In this document: piece after piece, positions 27,072 to 37,252 of the stretch | Layout of the letters: each line of letters opens with the position of its first letter | Position numbering within the stretch: position 1 is the first letter of the stretch | Source: Thermococcus sp. JdFR-02 | Lineage (GTDB): Archaea > Methanobacteriota_B > Thermococci > Thermococcales > Thermococcaceae | Assembly (NCBI GenBank): GCA_002009975.1 | Contig: MTLP01000003.1 | Location: 1 to 45,373, forward strand | Direction of reading: 5' to 3' | Length of the DNA: 45,373 nucleotides | The notes under the pieces: generated by a model | Databases searched by the model: none | Seen by the model: only the letters and a program-made list of their open reading frames with translations | Told to the model about the DNA's origin: nothing | Made by a program: the position numbers and the translations under genes

Positions 27072-27926
27072 ATGAACATCAGAGAAGCAATCCTGAAAAC
27101 GTACGACGAACTCGTGCAGAAGTATCCGGCTCTCAGGGAAGTCGCCCCTAGAGCAAGAGTAGAGGCTCGGGCTGAGTACGTTAAAGAAGAACACCTCTGG
27201 AAAGTCGCTAACGAGAGCACGGTAACTGAAAATGACTTCAGAAGGGCGTTGCAGTCTGGGGAGCAGTCTGGCTTCAAGACCGCCTTTGAGTACATAGTTG
27301 TCCTGGCCGCCAAGGCTATGAATGCTGGCGGTAGCACAGGGGAGAAAAGTGAAGTGCCCTACAGCAATCTGCTGGAGGAAATAGACGATATATCCCCTCA
27401 GGATGACAAAGCAGAAGGAGAAAACAGGGCTCAGAACGCATCTTTCGAGAAGTTACTGGAGGACATTGATTCGGTCGATGAAGAAGTCTCCAGCGAGGGT
27501 GTGGAGAATACTTCCGAAGGATCCAGAAAGCATGACACTATCCCCGAGCAAAGCTTGCACACACCTGGGGGGGACCACGAAATAAGAGCCAGCCGCTTGG
27601 AAAGGGCTCTTCAGGCCCTCAAAGGGGCTGTTATTCGCTTGCACCACGAAAAGCTCGAGCTGTTAGAGGAAAACAGGAGACTGAAAGAGAGGCTGAAGGC
27701 TGCTAGCGAGTGGCTGATTCGAACGGAGACGGTAGAGAAGGTCTACAAAGCGTGCATGGAGATGAAGGTTTTCACCCCGAAGGAATTGAGAGAGAAAACA
27801 GGGCTCACAAACTCAACGATTGCAAGTGTGCTCAGGAGACTTCGCAGAGAAGGGAAGGTCAGGCGCGTTGTGGTGAAGGGGAGAGAGGTCAGAGGTCTGT
27901 ACGAGGTGTCTGAGGATGGGAGCTGA
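27072..27926 (+). CDS. DNA-binding protein: N-domain, acidic linker, coiled coil, C-terminal winged HTH
   Basis: FTPKELREKTGLTNSTIASVLRRLRREGKV; LLEENRRLKERL coiled coil; repeated LLEEIDD/LLEDIDS in the linker. Confidence 0.75.
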   Translation: MNIREAILKTYDELVQKYPALREVAPRARVEARAEYVKEEHLWKVANESTVTENDFRRALQSGEQSGFKTAFEYIVVLAAKAMNAGGSTGEKSEVPYSNLLEEIDDISPQDDKAEGENRAQNASFEKLLEDIDSVDEEVSSEGVENTSEGSRKHDTIPEQSLHTPGGDHEIRASRLERALQALKGAVIRLHHEKLELLEENRRLKERLKAASEWLIRTETVEKVYKACMEMKVFTPKELREKTGLTNSTIASVLRRLRREGKVRRVVVKGREVRGLYEVSEDGS

Positions 27927-28446
27927 TAGCAAGCAGCCCTTTATGGGGGTCCTGTCGTCAGTAGCAGTGCTCTGTTTCTTCCTCCCTCTTATCCTATACG
28001 CGCTCGGCTACTCATACAACTTTCTCAAGCCAATGGAACCCGGTTTCGACAGCTTCACGCTCACCTACGTTGCCGGACTCGCATGGTACGGCCTTGGAGC
28101 TGCATACCCCAGCTATAAGCTTGGTGTATACTTTGTGGACACGTACTCTCACGACCTGACAGATTTAACAGAACAAGCAATACCTGATATACCGTTAACA
28201 GACACCTCCATAAATAACACGGAGGATCCTGCTGAAGGACTTTACAGCGGCTTAACTGAGATACTCATTATAGGCGTGCGCTTTTTGCTCCTGCTCATAA
28301 TGGTTATACTTGCTTCTGTAAGTGGAGAGCTGCTTAACTGCGGATACTTCAAAGAGGGGCTCGTTACGTCAGGAATTTATGCAGTCCTTGTATTTACATA
28401 CAGCGATTTAGAATCTGCGCTAATTGGATTGGTCAACTTCTCATGA
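27916..28446 (+). CDS. Multi-pass membrane protein
   Basis: About four hydrophobic segments; overlaps the wHTH gene. Confidence 0.6.
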   Translation: MGADSKQPFMGVLSSVAVLCFFLPLILYALGYSYNFLKPMEPGFDSFTLTYVAGLAWYGLGAAYPSYKLGVYFVDTYSHDLTDLTEQAIPDIPLTDTSINNTEDPAEGLYSGLTEILIIGVRFLLLLIMVILASVSGELLNCGYFKEGLVTSGIYAVLVFTYSDLESALIGLVNFS

Positions 28447-28734
28447 TAATCCCAAGCCATGGCAATGAATACGAAATACATATATCTATGACCAAGCGAT
28501 ATTCACAGCAGTGATAGGTTAGCTTATAAGTTCCATTTACTCTTCTCTTTATGCTTTTCTGATAAGTGCGCATTGTAGCTAACTCGGTTTCAGATAATCA
28601 CCTGCGCTATGGAGGTGGCCAACAGCTTCGCACTCTTCCAGCTTTTGCAAGGTGATGTCGTCAATATAAAAAGATTGTGGTAACCGGATCTATCCAAGTC
28701 GCCTCTTACCTGCCCTGAACTCCAGTGGCAATCT

Positions 28735-28812
28735 GATTGGTGTTTGTAAAGTTTTGTGAAGCAAAATTTGAGTGAGCGAAGCGAACCACAAACATAGTGT
28801 TATATGAAGTTG
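28735..28812 (-). other. Truncated attC-like palindromic site after the helicase gene
   Basis: ACTTCATATAAC then TGTTTGT...CGCTTCGCTC...TTTTG-CTTCA-CAAAA...ACAAACA on the minus strand, starting just after the stop. Confidence 0.4.
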
Positions 28813-28825
28813 CGCCCCATGTTCT

Positions 28826-31800
28826 TCAACCATGACTATCTCCTATTATTTTCTCTTTTGCTAATCTTTCAATTTCTTGGCTATCTATCCTTCCATCCGG
28901 GCCATCTTTAGAGATAATTAGCTTTTCAAAGTAATCATTTTCTTTATACCATTTTTCTTTACTCTCCCATTCTTTTTTGTATTCAGGATCCTCTAACATT
29001 CCAAGATGTTCCCAATAAAACTCTTCCCCTTCATACTTTATTGTAAAATCTGGGAGACGGAAATCTTGCGGATTTGTTTTTGAATACAATGGTTTCTCAT
29101 ACTCATAGCTTATCCCCAAGTCTGTCAAAATATTTGCGATAATGACCTCAGATTTTGATCTTACCAATACACCTGTTTTTGTTCTATGTATCAAGCGTTC
29201 TGGATGAGGTATTCCCACAGTTTCAGGACGAACAGACAGTTCAAAAAGATTGGTGTTTCTTCTTAAAATCTCTGAGTATTGAGGGTTTCTAAAAATAATT
29301 AGGGGACTCACATCTTTTTCGATCAGGACGATTGTTTTCTTTTTGAAGCGTGTTAAGGCTGTATATAGTAATTCTCGAGACATAGTCCCAGCACTTTGAG
29401 GTAGAATGAAAAAAACGATATCAAAGTCACTTCCCTGAGATTTATGGACAGTAATCGCATAGGCTAATTCGAGGTTCTCATCAATCTCACTTCTATAGTA
29501 CCGGTATGTCAAATTAGGTTGAGTTGGGAATTTTACATCAATTGAGTCATATTTCTTGCTAGTATTCACTATCAACCCCACTTCTCCGTTTGCCACATAA
29601 CCATCTACCTTATAATTATCTTTCCAACCATCTCGCTTTGAATTAACAACCTGAATAACTTTATCATTCCATACCATTTGTTGCTCACCAAAAGGTTTTG
29701 GTTTTTTGCGTTTAGCTCTCTCTATTAATCCCCGTCTATATATTTTTTGAATAACTCTATTTATTTCGGTTGTACCAAATATTTGCATTCGGGTAGGAGA
29801 AAGAATTTGCCATTTATCAGGTTTCTCAATAGATTTATTAAATCCATCAAAATCAGGCGTGCTACCTTCATTTAATTTTATATTATCTCTGATAGCTTTC
29901 AATAACATTTCATAAAGTTCTTCCTCGTTATCCCAGAAGTGAACTTCCAAGTCTCCTGATACTTTACCCTGTGCTACCTGAGAGAGAATTTCATCATCTC
30001 CTGGTGAAGTTCTGTCCATTAAGAAAGAATCCGCAAGTTTTAAACACTGACTTTCTAAATTTTCGTGTCGGACTCTTTGAGTTAATTTAGCGATATGTTC
30101 CTTTCTGTTGCCGTCAGATTCCAACCATTTTATAATATCTACAAATGGGCGGCCGGGACCGATTGGGGGCAATTGATTTGGATCTCCTACAAGAACAAGC
30201 CGTTTTACATAATTGAAATCAATGGCTCTAAATAAGACACCCAATAAATCCATAGGAATCATCGAAGCTTCGTCAATAATTACTGTCTGAGCCCCCTCAC
30301 TGTTTCCTTCTTTTTCCTTCAATGAGAAGGTTTCTCCTCTAATCCACCCCAATCTCATAAGGAACTGATGGATAGTTTGAGCATTTTCGCGTGTTTTTTC
30401 TTGCAACCGAACCCTGGCTTTCCCGGTAGGAGCAAGCAAAAGTATAGATTGCTTCCCCTCTTTCTCTCTCAAACCTCTGATGAAGACTTTTAGTACGGTA
30501 GTCTTCCCAGTTCCTGCGCGACCTGTAAGTACAGAAAACCGAAATCTAAAGAGTGTATCAAGGGCTTTTATTTTCTCCTTGCGTGCTCTTTTTTCAATTT
30601 CTTCATTCAATATTTCAATATCTTTAAATTCATCGCAAAGAAGTTTCTCCCAAAAACTTTCGCCTGCATTTTCATATTTTTTTTCAACCATTACTTCTAA
30701 ACGTTTTTTAACTTCTAATTCCATCCTGTGGAGTGATTTTAGAGCAATCACTTTTGGATTTTCTTCCGGGAAAAAGCTAATTCTTTCTTCGAAGAAACTG
30801 CGATTATTTATAATAATATCTCGATCTGGCTCACAAATTCGATTTTCTGGAAGTCTTTTACGCACCCTTTTAATAGCTTCATCTATAGAAAGGCAAGTAT
30901 CCCCTTCTTGGGATGCTTCCTTCAAAATTTCAACCAATAAAGCTCTCACTCTTCTTTTATCATCATTACTTATAGATTCAATTTCTCCTTTAATTTTCCC
31001 GACCTCTTCAGATGGGATCATACCTCTATCTATTGTCTCAAAATCTACCGGTGGTGAGTCCTTATCCCCGTCATCCAACTCTGAGATTATATATGGATTC
31101 TCTATTATTTCCCTTTCTGACGCCTCTATGAAAGCTTCTCTTCTTTTTGTAGGATCACATATCCTCTTTATTTGTTCTGGAGATAACTCAAAATGGCTTA
31201 AAACCTTAAGAAGCTCCCTTTTTTCAGGAGGTATGGTCTGCCATTTGGCACAGGATTTTCTGAATTCATTTTGATATTCTTCTGGAGCGCTTTTTTTCCC
31301 TTCTAGAATTGAAACCACGAAATCATAAATATTTTCTCCATTAGCTTCTCTAGGTGATAGAACTGTGCGGTGATATATTATCCCATTTTTGAAACCGAGA
31401 TATTCTAAAACGCTCCCAATCCCCGGGAAACGCCCTCGGTTTTTCCATACCTCTTCTAAAACGCTATTTAACCACTTCAATCTATATTCCCATGTTTTGC
31501 CGTACGGTTCCGGCACTTTATTCTCAGCAATAATGGTCTTAACAGACTGTATTACTCTTTCAATGATTCCTACTGCAATATCATCCGGCACATGCTCTGC
31601 TACATAGGAAAAGTAAGGACGGGCTGAAATTGGTATGGTACAGACAATATTTGATAGATCATAGCCGTTATTGATATATTCTTGATATGGTAACCGGATT
31701 CCTTCTTCAGGAAAATTGTGTATTATACATCTAGACCAAATGGGATAATCTTCCATATAGCCTTTCTTTTTTCCAAAAAAAAGTTGATTTCCAATCTTTG

Positions 31801-32302
31801 AAATACGTCCTATTCCTACAAGTATTCGATCACTTTTTTCTTCTTTCAAAGGATTACCATGGTTTACATAGAAAAAAACTAATGATTTTCCGGGTTCGAT
31901 AGGCTTCCAAAACTCATTTAATCTTTCCAACTGCCTTTTAGGATTATCTTCCCATCCTTCGCCACTTTCTTTGAACATTCTCCCATATGGACTTGTGCAG
32001 AAAGAATATGGGGGTATATCTTCTTCCACTTCTGGTAAATTTCTCCAGTCTAATGGATCATAATGTATAATCTTAAATCCGATAGGAGAAAATGCACCGG
32101 GATCTCTAGAACAAGGTGGAAGATTTTTCAATTCTATTTCTGAAAGTTTTCTACCAGTGTTTTTTTCCTCAAATATATCGTCTCTACCGTCTCTTATATG
32201 CTCATGAACCATACAGGAAGTATTATGTTTTGGTTTCTTGCAAATGCAACCATTCCATCCACTATCATGCCAAGCAAGTCTTGCCGATAGATGAACAGTC
32301 AT
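28826..32302 (-). CDS. RecD2-like SF1B helicase fused to a large N-terminal domain and a C-terminal PD-(D/E)XK-like nuclease (AT-rich insert)
   Basis: GRAGTGKT, LAPTGKA, TIHQFL, IIDEASM, GDPNQLPPIGPG, YAITVHKSQGS, LYTALTR; C-terminal RSKSE...YE...PDF...WEHLG. Confidence 0.9.
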   Translation of the reverse strand: MTVHLSARLAWHDSGWNGCICKKPKHNTSCMVHEHIRDGRDDIFEEKNTGRKLSEIELKNLPPCSRDPGAFSPIGFKIIHYDPLDWRNLPEVEEDIPPYSFCTSPYGRMFKESGEGWEDNPKRQLERLNEFWKPIEPGKSLVFFYVNHGNPLKEEKSDRILVGIGRISKIGNQLFFGKKKGYMEDYPIWSRCIIHNFPEEGIRLPYQEYINNGYDLSNIVCTIPISARPYFSYVAEHVPDDIAVGIIERVIQSVKTIIAENKVPEPYGKTWEYRLKWLNSVLEEVWKNRGRFPGIGSVLEYLGFKNGIIYHRTVLSPREANGENIYDFVVSILEGKKSAPEEYQNEFRKSCAKWQTIPPEKRELLKVLSHFELSPEQIKRICDPTKRREAFIEASEREIIENPYIISELDDGDKDSPPVDFETIDRGMIPSEEVGKIKGEIESISNDDKRRVRALLVEILKEASQEGDTCLSIDEAIKRVRKRLPENRICEPDRDIIINNRSFFEERISFFPEENPKVIALKSLHRMELEVKKRLEVMVEKKYENAGESFWEKLLCDEFKDIEILNEEIEKRARKEKIKALDTLFRFRFSVLTGRAGTGKTTVLKVFIRGLREKEGKQSILLLAPTGKARVRLQEKTRENAQTIHQFLMRLGWIRGETFSLKEKEGNSEGAQTVIIDEASMIPMDLLGVLFRAIDFNYVKRLVLVGDPNQLPPIGPGRPFVDIIKWLESDGNRKEHIAKLTQRVRHENLESQCLKLADSFLMDRTSPGDDEILSQVAQGKVSGDLEVHFWDNEEELYEMLLKAIRDNIKLNEGSTPDFDGFNKSIEKPDKWQILSPTRMQIFGTTEINRVIQKIYRRGLIERAKRKKPKPFGEQQMVWNDKVIQVVNSKRDGWKDNYKVDGYVANGEVGLIVNTSKKYDSIDVKFPTQPNLTYRYYRSEIDENLELAYAITVHKSQGSDFDIVFFILPQSAGTMSRELLYTALTRFKKKTIVLIEKDVSPLIIFRNPQYSEILRRNTNLFELSVRPETVGIPHPERLIHRTKTGVLVRSKSEVIIANILTDLGISYEYEKPLYSKTNPQDFRLPDFTIKYEGEEFYWEHLGMLEDPEYKKEWESKEKWYKENDYFEKLIISKDGPDGRIDSQEIERLAKEKIIGDSHG

Positions 32303-32332
32303 TATATACCTCCCATTGAAAATTCGGACGAA

Positions 32333-32415
32333 ATTTCATATAAATGTTTTTGGTGCATCCGAAGCCTTTTAAGAGCTTGATAACGATAGCGAACTGCATG
32401 CCAGCTGTTAAATGA
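32333..32415 (-). other. Degenerate attC-like site between Shedu and helicase
   Basis: Minus strand TCATTTAAC (RYYYAAC) ... GTTCGCT ... TTTATATGAAAT, an imperfect terminal inverted repeat related to the 28.8 kb site. Confidence 0.3.
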
Positions 32416-32517
32416 TCCTCTAAGGGGCAATGTGCGAAGAACTGCAGAGCACTCACGCCTTTATAATTTATGATGAAAACATTTTTACTTGATGAAATAA
32501 TGCTAAAACTCAACACA

Positions 32518-33798
32518 TTAACCCCCTGAAATAATCTTACTTAGCGCTTTAATCTTATGGAAAAGTTCATCAAAAGTTACAATTTCAACATCTTTACTAT
32601 TGTTTCTTATTAATTCAAAGGCTTTCTGCTGTTCTTTAGAAAGATCACCAATAGTTCCAATAATTAAGATACATTTGGGATTATATGACTCAAAAGGTTG
32701 TGCACTCTTAGACTTTAAAGCATAAAATCCCTTCTGGAGATTGTCTTTTTGAGTTAAGACTTGATTAATCCCCCCACTTAGTTCATCACTCATTGGAAAA
32801 ACATCGTTACCACGATATGGGTTACTTTTTAATAATCTACTTCGATGGGTCTTTATTTCAATAATTGCGACATTATTTGTAAGTTCATTACGATAAATAA
32901 AATCGGCAATCTCACCGTTTTTGTTTTCTATTCCTTTACCCCCCACATATGCTTTATCCTTAAGAATTAATACAGGAACAGAAAACAATTGCGAAAAAAT
33001 CCAGCTATGTTCTTCGAAAAACTCCTGCCACTTTTTCTCCAAGTGTGGTGTCTCAGTTTTCTGACTCATCAATTTTCTAAATTGTTTTATTACATCTTCT
33101 ATATAAACGGTTTCGATTTCTTTCTTGGTTTTTAAGATTCTTATTTTGTGTCTAATGTAATAATTTGGAATATCTTTTGAAATTAATTCCAAAAGTGCGT
33201 TTATATCCTTTTCGGATAAGTTTAGATAATTATATTGGTGGATAAATGCACTTAAAGAATCCGGCACATATTCTTTTGCTTTTTCCATGTTTTCATCTTT
33301 AAATTCCTCTTTAGGAAAAATTTTTAATAGAATGTTGTTGATTAAAACTTCTTTCTCATTTTTTTGTTTGCGTAATAGAGAAGCAATATCAGAATACACG
33401 TTATCTAATGTATCAATGCAAATATACAATTTTCGATGAATCTTATCAATTCTATTTCTACCCTTTTTTTGTATAATAACTTCATTAAAATCGAACATAT
33501 CCTGTAATCTGTAAATGATGTGGTTATAAACTCTTGTAAAACCATAACCGGTTTTCCAACTTTTTAAAAAGCCTCTTGGCAGTTCTTCCTCTTTTTCGAA
33601 ACCGACATAAGTTATTTTTTGGAATCTATATTTAGGATCTCCATTATCTTTACGGAATGGGTAATGTCTAATTTTTTTCGTTATTTTAAAAATTTCTTTA
33701 CTTTTTATATTTATTCCTTTCTTTTCATCAATATAGTGGTACACTACTTTTGTCTTTAATTCATTTACAGGATATTCCCCTTGTTGCCTTTTAGTCAT
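32518..33798 (-). CDS. sduA: Shedu anti-viral nuclease (DUF4263) with N-terminal extension
   Basis: EKKWQEFFEEHSWIF, ADFIY, IIEIKT, LSGGINQV, IIG, VEIVTFDEL. Confidence 0.9.
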   Translation of the reverse strand: MTKRQQGEYPVNELKTKVVYHYIDEKKGINIKSKEIFKITKKIRHYPFRKDNGDPKYRFQKITYVGFEKEEELPRGFLKSWKTGYGFTRVYNHIIYRLQDMFDFNEVIIQKKGRNRIDKIHRKLYICIDTLDNVYSDIASLLRKQKNEKEVLINNILLKIFPKEEFKDENMEKAKEYVPDSLSAFIHQYNYLNLSEKDINALLELISKDIPNYYIRHKIRILKTKKEIETVYIEDVIKQFRKLMSQKTETPHLEKKWQEFFEEHSWIFSQLFSVPVLILKDKAYVGGKGIENKNGEIADFIYRNELTNNVAIIEIKTHRSRLLKSNPYRGNDVFPMSDELSGGINQVLTQKDNLQKGFYALKSKSAQPFESYNPKCILIIGTIGDLSKEQQKAFELIRNNSKDVEIVTFDELFHKIKALSKIISGG

Positions 33799-34314
33799 TT
33801 CCAACCCTCATATAAATTTATCCTGAAATACCACAATATTTCACCTTGATTGTATATCACGTACAGTCCCCCAGCAGGTTTTTGTAAGCTTATTCAGGAC
33901 TTCTCTTCTCCAAACTGGTATAAAATTTTACCGCTTTTAGCCACCCGACCGTCTGTTACCACTCCGAGTAATCCCTACACAAATAAAATCACGATCCTGT
34001 AACCAGAGAGCATCAATCTCATACCCTTAGGCGCCAAGACTATCGTAGTGCACTCATTTCCACCCTCTAACGAGAACTCCAAGAACTCTTTATTGCTTGT
34101 GATTACACTTAGCCCCATAGTACTACCCATTCTTTTTCACACTTTTCGCCTCTTAGCAAGACGGATAATTTCCAGTACCTACTATCGTGGAGAATGTAGA
34201 TCTGCATCGTGTATATTGTGTGATTTCAATTCGAGAGCCTTTTTAGATCCCTTTGTGGAGTTTTTATCTTAATTGATTTTAAGTAGCTACTCCTTTTTCT
34301 CTGCACTTTTGCTT

Positions 34315-34329
34315 TGATTCTTTTATAAA
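34315..34329 (+). promoter_or_regulatory. Motif copy 12 (TGATTCTTTTATAAA)
   Basis: 38 nt to GTG 34353; at the right edge of the defence insert. Confidence 0.75.
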
Positions 34330-34352
34330 CAATTCTCACCTCTCCCCCGTGG

Positions 34353-36857
34353 GTGATGCCCATGGTGAGGAAAGCTGCGATTCTGGTGCTGGCGATTCTG
34401 GTATTTGCAGCCACGGCAAGCGCACGGCCCGTCTCAGTACTCAATAGCGACGAAACAGTCACCAGACAGGGATACTTCCTCTACCTGCCGCTGGAGCACA
34501 GGGTGAACTACAGCAAGACATACATAAGCGAGTGCGGCGTGATACCCGACAACAAAGACGGCATAATAGCGAGTGCCCCTGTTTTCGCCGCAAGGCTGGC
34601 AGAGATTGCAGCACTCTACCACTACACCGGTGACGAGAAGTACAAGGAACTGTACAAGAAGGCAGCAAGCGCGGTGGAGACAATAAAGCAGAAGAATGGC
34701 TTCTACCCGTACTACGTTACGACCTCATGCGAGGCTGCAACCTTCGCGGAGGACGGCGAGATATTTCAGGACGCACTCACGCTTGCAGGGCTCCTGATAG
34801 GCGATAACGACACCATGCCTGAGGTGAAAATAACCAAGGAGATAAGCTACGACAGCTGCAGCGTGGGGTACCTGACGGCTGAATCAGAATCTGGCCTGCC
34901 AAGCGTTTGCACAGTGCTGGGACTTGAGGCCACCGCTAACGAGAGCGCAGAAGAGACATACACCGAAGAAGCCAGCGGGTGTGGTGACACGTGCTTTAGG
35001 GCGGGGCTCACGGTGGAGTACAGAGTTACGGACATCTACAGTGAGGAAATAGAAATCAGGAGAGTGTGGGTGCACGTCAACGGCTCAGAGGTTGAGATCG
35101 ACCCCGCGAGCATTAATCAGGACATAGTAAAAGGGATTCTGACACAGACGCTGAAGGACGACGTGAGAAGCGCCTTCGCAGACAGTATTCTGAAGAGCAG
35201 AGAGGCGAAGCGGGGCGCAAGAAACCTCAGAGGAGACGATGTTCTCTCCTCAACCGCAGCGCAGGTCTTCAGAGTTGTGCTTGGCCAATCGCCAGACACA
35301 CTGGATATAGTCAGGTATGGCAAGTCTGGCCCCGCCAGTGACATTATTGAAGAGTGCAGGGACGTATGCCTCTACAGAGGTGCAATATACATACCGTTCT
35401 TAGCAGAGGGAGAAAACCTCACAGAGTACAGGGTTGCGACCAAGGATAGCCTGGAGCATCTGGTTTACATCTCACCCGGCTGGGAGTATTCAGGAGGATA
35501 CCTGAAGGCCAAGCCAGAGCTATACGGATGGGACCCTGTATTCGGACACATTGTGGTGAGGTACTATCCTGTGAGGGAGTACATCTTCCACCTCGCAGGC
35601 AGTCTGCAGAGCATGACCTACTGGCTCAGTGGCAGCAAGGAGCTGTCTCTGGTTGTCCAGCACTACGCTCAGGCAGCTAAAGCCCCTGCAGGAACATACA
35701 AATTCGAAGATATGCAGCAGACAGAGAACACCACATTCAGAACCGTAGCACTGGTTCCGCGGGTGGCGGAGGCCTACAGAGACCCTGCTAACAGGCTGAG
35801 CAGGGAGAGGCTGGTCCTTGTGCCCACGCTGTCCTGGAAAGAGGCGTGGGACATGAAGAAGCAGGCTTTCGAGGAGAGAGACGCACTTAAGCTCTTCGTC
35901 GCTGTGGACAACCTCTATGCACACTCAATCGGCAAGAGTCCAACTTCCCCCAACGCAGTGCTTCTGGCCACCATGATGTCGTTGAGCGAGGAGAGGATGA
36001 AAGAATACGCGAAGGACCACAGCAGGGACGGGGCGGAGTACCGCAAGATTCTTGACACACTGCTCAACTTCAAGAAGGTCTTCCATGACCTGTACCTGCC
36101 TGTCGCACACAGCGCCGTGAAGGGGGATCTCATCAGAGGCGAACCGTCAATGGAGACCCGAGTGCTTCTGGCTGTGCTTGCAGACAAGGCAAAGAGGGCA
36201 GGGATTCCCGACTTCTACGAACTCTACGCAGACTACAGTGAGTACTTTGGTGAACACACCAAGAACTACACCAACCTGAAGAGGCTTGCTGAGGCATACC
36301 CAGAGGCAAAAAGAGTCATAGACCTCATAGAAGCCAGAAAGTACGAAGAGGCACAGGAGGCCCTGCAGAGCGTTGAGGGCGACGATGTGAGGAGCATCCT
36401 CTCGGAGGAAATCAGCAGGCGGATAGCAGCGGAGATCGACATAGTTGGCGAGGCGATGTCCGCATTGGAGCAGTACACCCGGGGGGAGACATCCGCGCAG
36501 GAGGCATTGAACATGGTGAGAGAGGCTCTTGCGGTTAAGCAGGAGCCGAGGCTCAGCGCTGCCGAGAGAATCCTCTCTGCAGTAGTATCTGGCTCTATAC
36601 CAGAGGATAACGCAAAGGGCTCGCTGAGAGCGCTGCTCGGCATATCAAAGCCAGAGCAGGTGGCACCAGAGGAAAAGAAGATTACACCCCCGCCACATGT
36701 TCAGGTGCCGGAAACACAAGAAGAGGTTCAGACACAAGAGACTGAACAGAAAGAAGACCGGAGACCACTGGTGCTCGGAATAGCTCTGTTTGCAGCAGTT
36801 GCGGTGACGGCTGTGGTGCTGGCGTTGCGCAGGAGGAAAAAGGTGATGCGGAGATGA
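34353..36857 (+). CDS. Large secreted protein with C-terminal membrane anchor
   Basis: Signal peptide ending ATASA; YHYTGDEKY alpha/alpha-barrel-like motif; P/E/Q/T linker, TM and RRRKK at the C-terminus. Confidence 0.75.
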   Translation: MMPMVRKAAILVLAILVFAATASARPVSVLNSDETVTRQGYFLYLPLEHRVNYSKTYISECGVIPDNKDGIIASAPVFAARLAEIAALYHYTGDEKYKELYKKAASAVETIKQKNGFYPYYVTTSCEAATFAEDGEIFQDALTLAGLLIGDNDTMPEVKITKEISYDSCSVGYLTAESESGLPSVCTVLGLEATANESAEETYTEEASGCGDTCFRAGLTVEYRVTDIYSEEIEIRRVWVHVNGSEVEIDPASINQDIVKGILTQTLKDDVRSAFADSILKSREAKRGARNLRGDDVLSSTAAQVFRVVLGQSPDTLDIVRYGKSGPASDIIEECRDVCLYRGAIYIPFLAEGENLTEYRVATKDSLEHLVYISPGWEYSGGYLKAKPELYGWDPVFGHIVVRYYPVREYIFHLAGSLQSMTYWLSGSKELSLVVQHYAQAAKAPAGTYKFEDMQQTENTTFRTVALVPRVAEAYRDPANRLSRERLVLVPTLSWKEAWDMKKQAFEERDALKLFVAVDNLYAHSIGKSPTSPNAVLLATMMSLSEERMKEYAKDHSRDGAEYRKILDTLLNFKKVFHDLYLPVAHSAVKGDLIRGEPSMETRVLLAVLADKAKRAGIPDFYELYADYSEYFGEHTKNYTNLKRLAEAYPEAKRVIDLIEARKYEEAQEALQSVEGDDVRSILSEEISRRIAAEIDIVGEAMSALEQYTRGETSAQEALNMVREALAVKQEPRLSAAERILSAVVSGSIPEDNAKGSLRALLGISKPEQVAPEEKKITPPPHVQVPETQEEVQTQETEQKEDRRPLVLGIALFAAVAVTAVVLALRRRKKVMRR

Positions 36858-37219
36858 ACAAGCCCATCATCTTCTTTTTTATTTTTATTTTTTTTATTGT
36901 TGCAAGTGTTTATCCAATTTTGAAGGGTCTTTCCGGATTTGAAGAGACTCAAAAGCTCATGCGTATAAAAAGCTCTGCAATTGCTGTGAAATCCTCTCTC
37001 GACCACCTCTCTGATGAGGGTTCGTCCACGACTGTTACGCTAAATGTCCCCAGTGGGTGCAGCATTGTCATAGAGAACGACCGTATGGACTACGGCTGCG
37101 GCAGCAGAAGGTATACGGTGAAGCTAAAAGCAATTGCATCATCGAGAGTGGAGATAACTGAAAGTGGCAGCTACCTCCTCTACTTCAGCCCCTCCGGCTA
37201 TGTGGTGGCCAAAAAATGA
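36854..37219 (+). CDS. Minor-pilin-like protein
   Basis: N-terminal TM, helix, EGSSTTVTLNVP motif; ATGA overlap with upstream gene. Confidence 0.55.
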   Translation: MNKPIIFFFIFIFFIVASVYPILKGLSGFEETQKLMRIKSSAIAVKSSLDHLSDEGSSTTVTLNVPSGCSIVIENDRMDYGCGSRRYTVKLKAIASSRVEITESGSYLLYFSPSGYVVAKK

Positions 37220-37230
37220 TTCTTTTATAA
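37217..37230 (+). promoter_or_regulatory. Motif copy 13 (TGATTCTTTTATAA)
   Basis: Begins with the upstream stop codon; 36 nt to ATG 37253. Confidence 0.8.
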
Positions 37231-37252
37231 GCTTTTTCCGCATATATTCAGT

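Noticed and set aside
33850-34200. Possible nuclease pseudogene (minus-strand GYEIDALWL fragment)
   Set aside because: Interrupted by stops and too short to assign.
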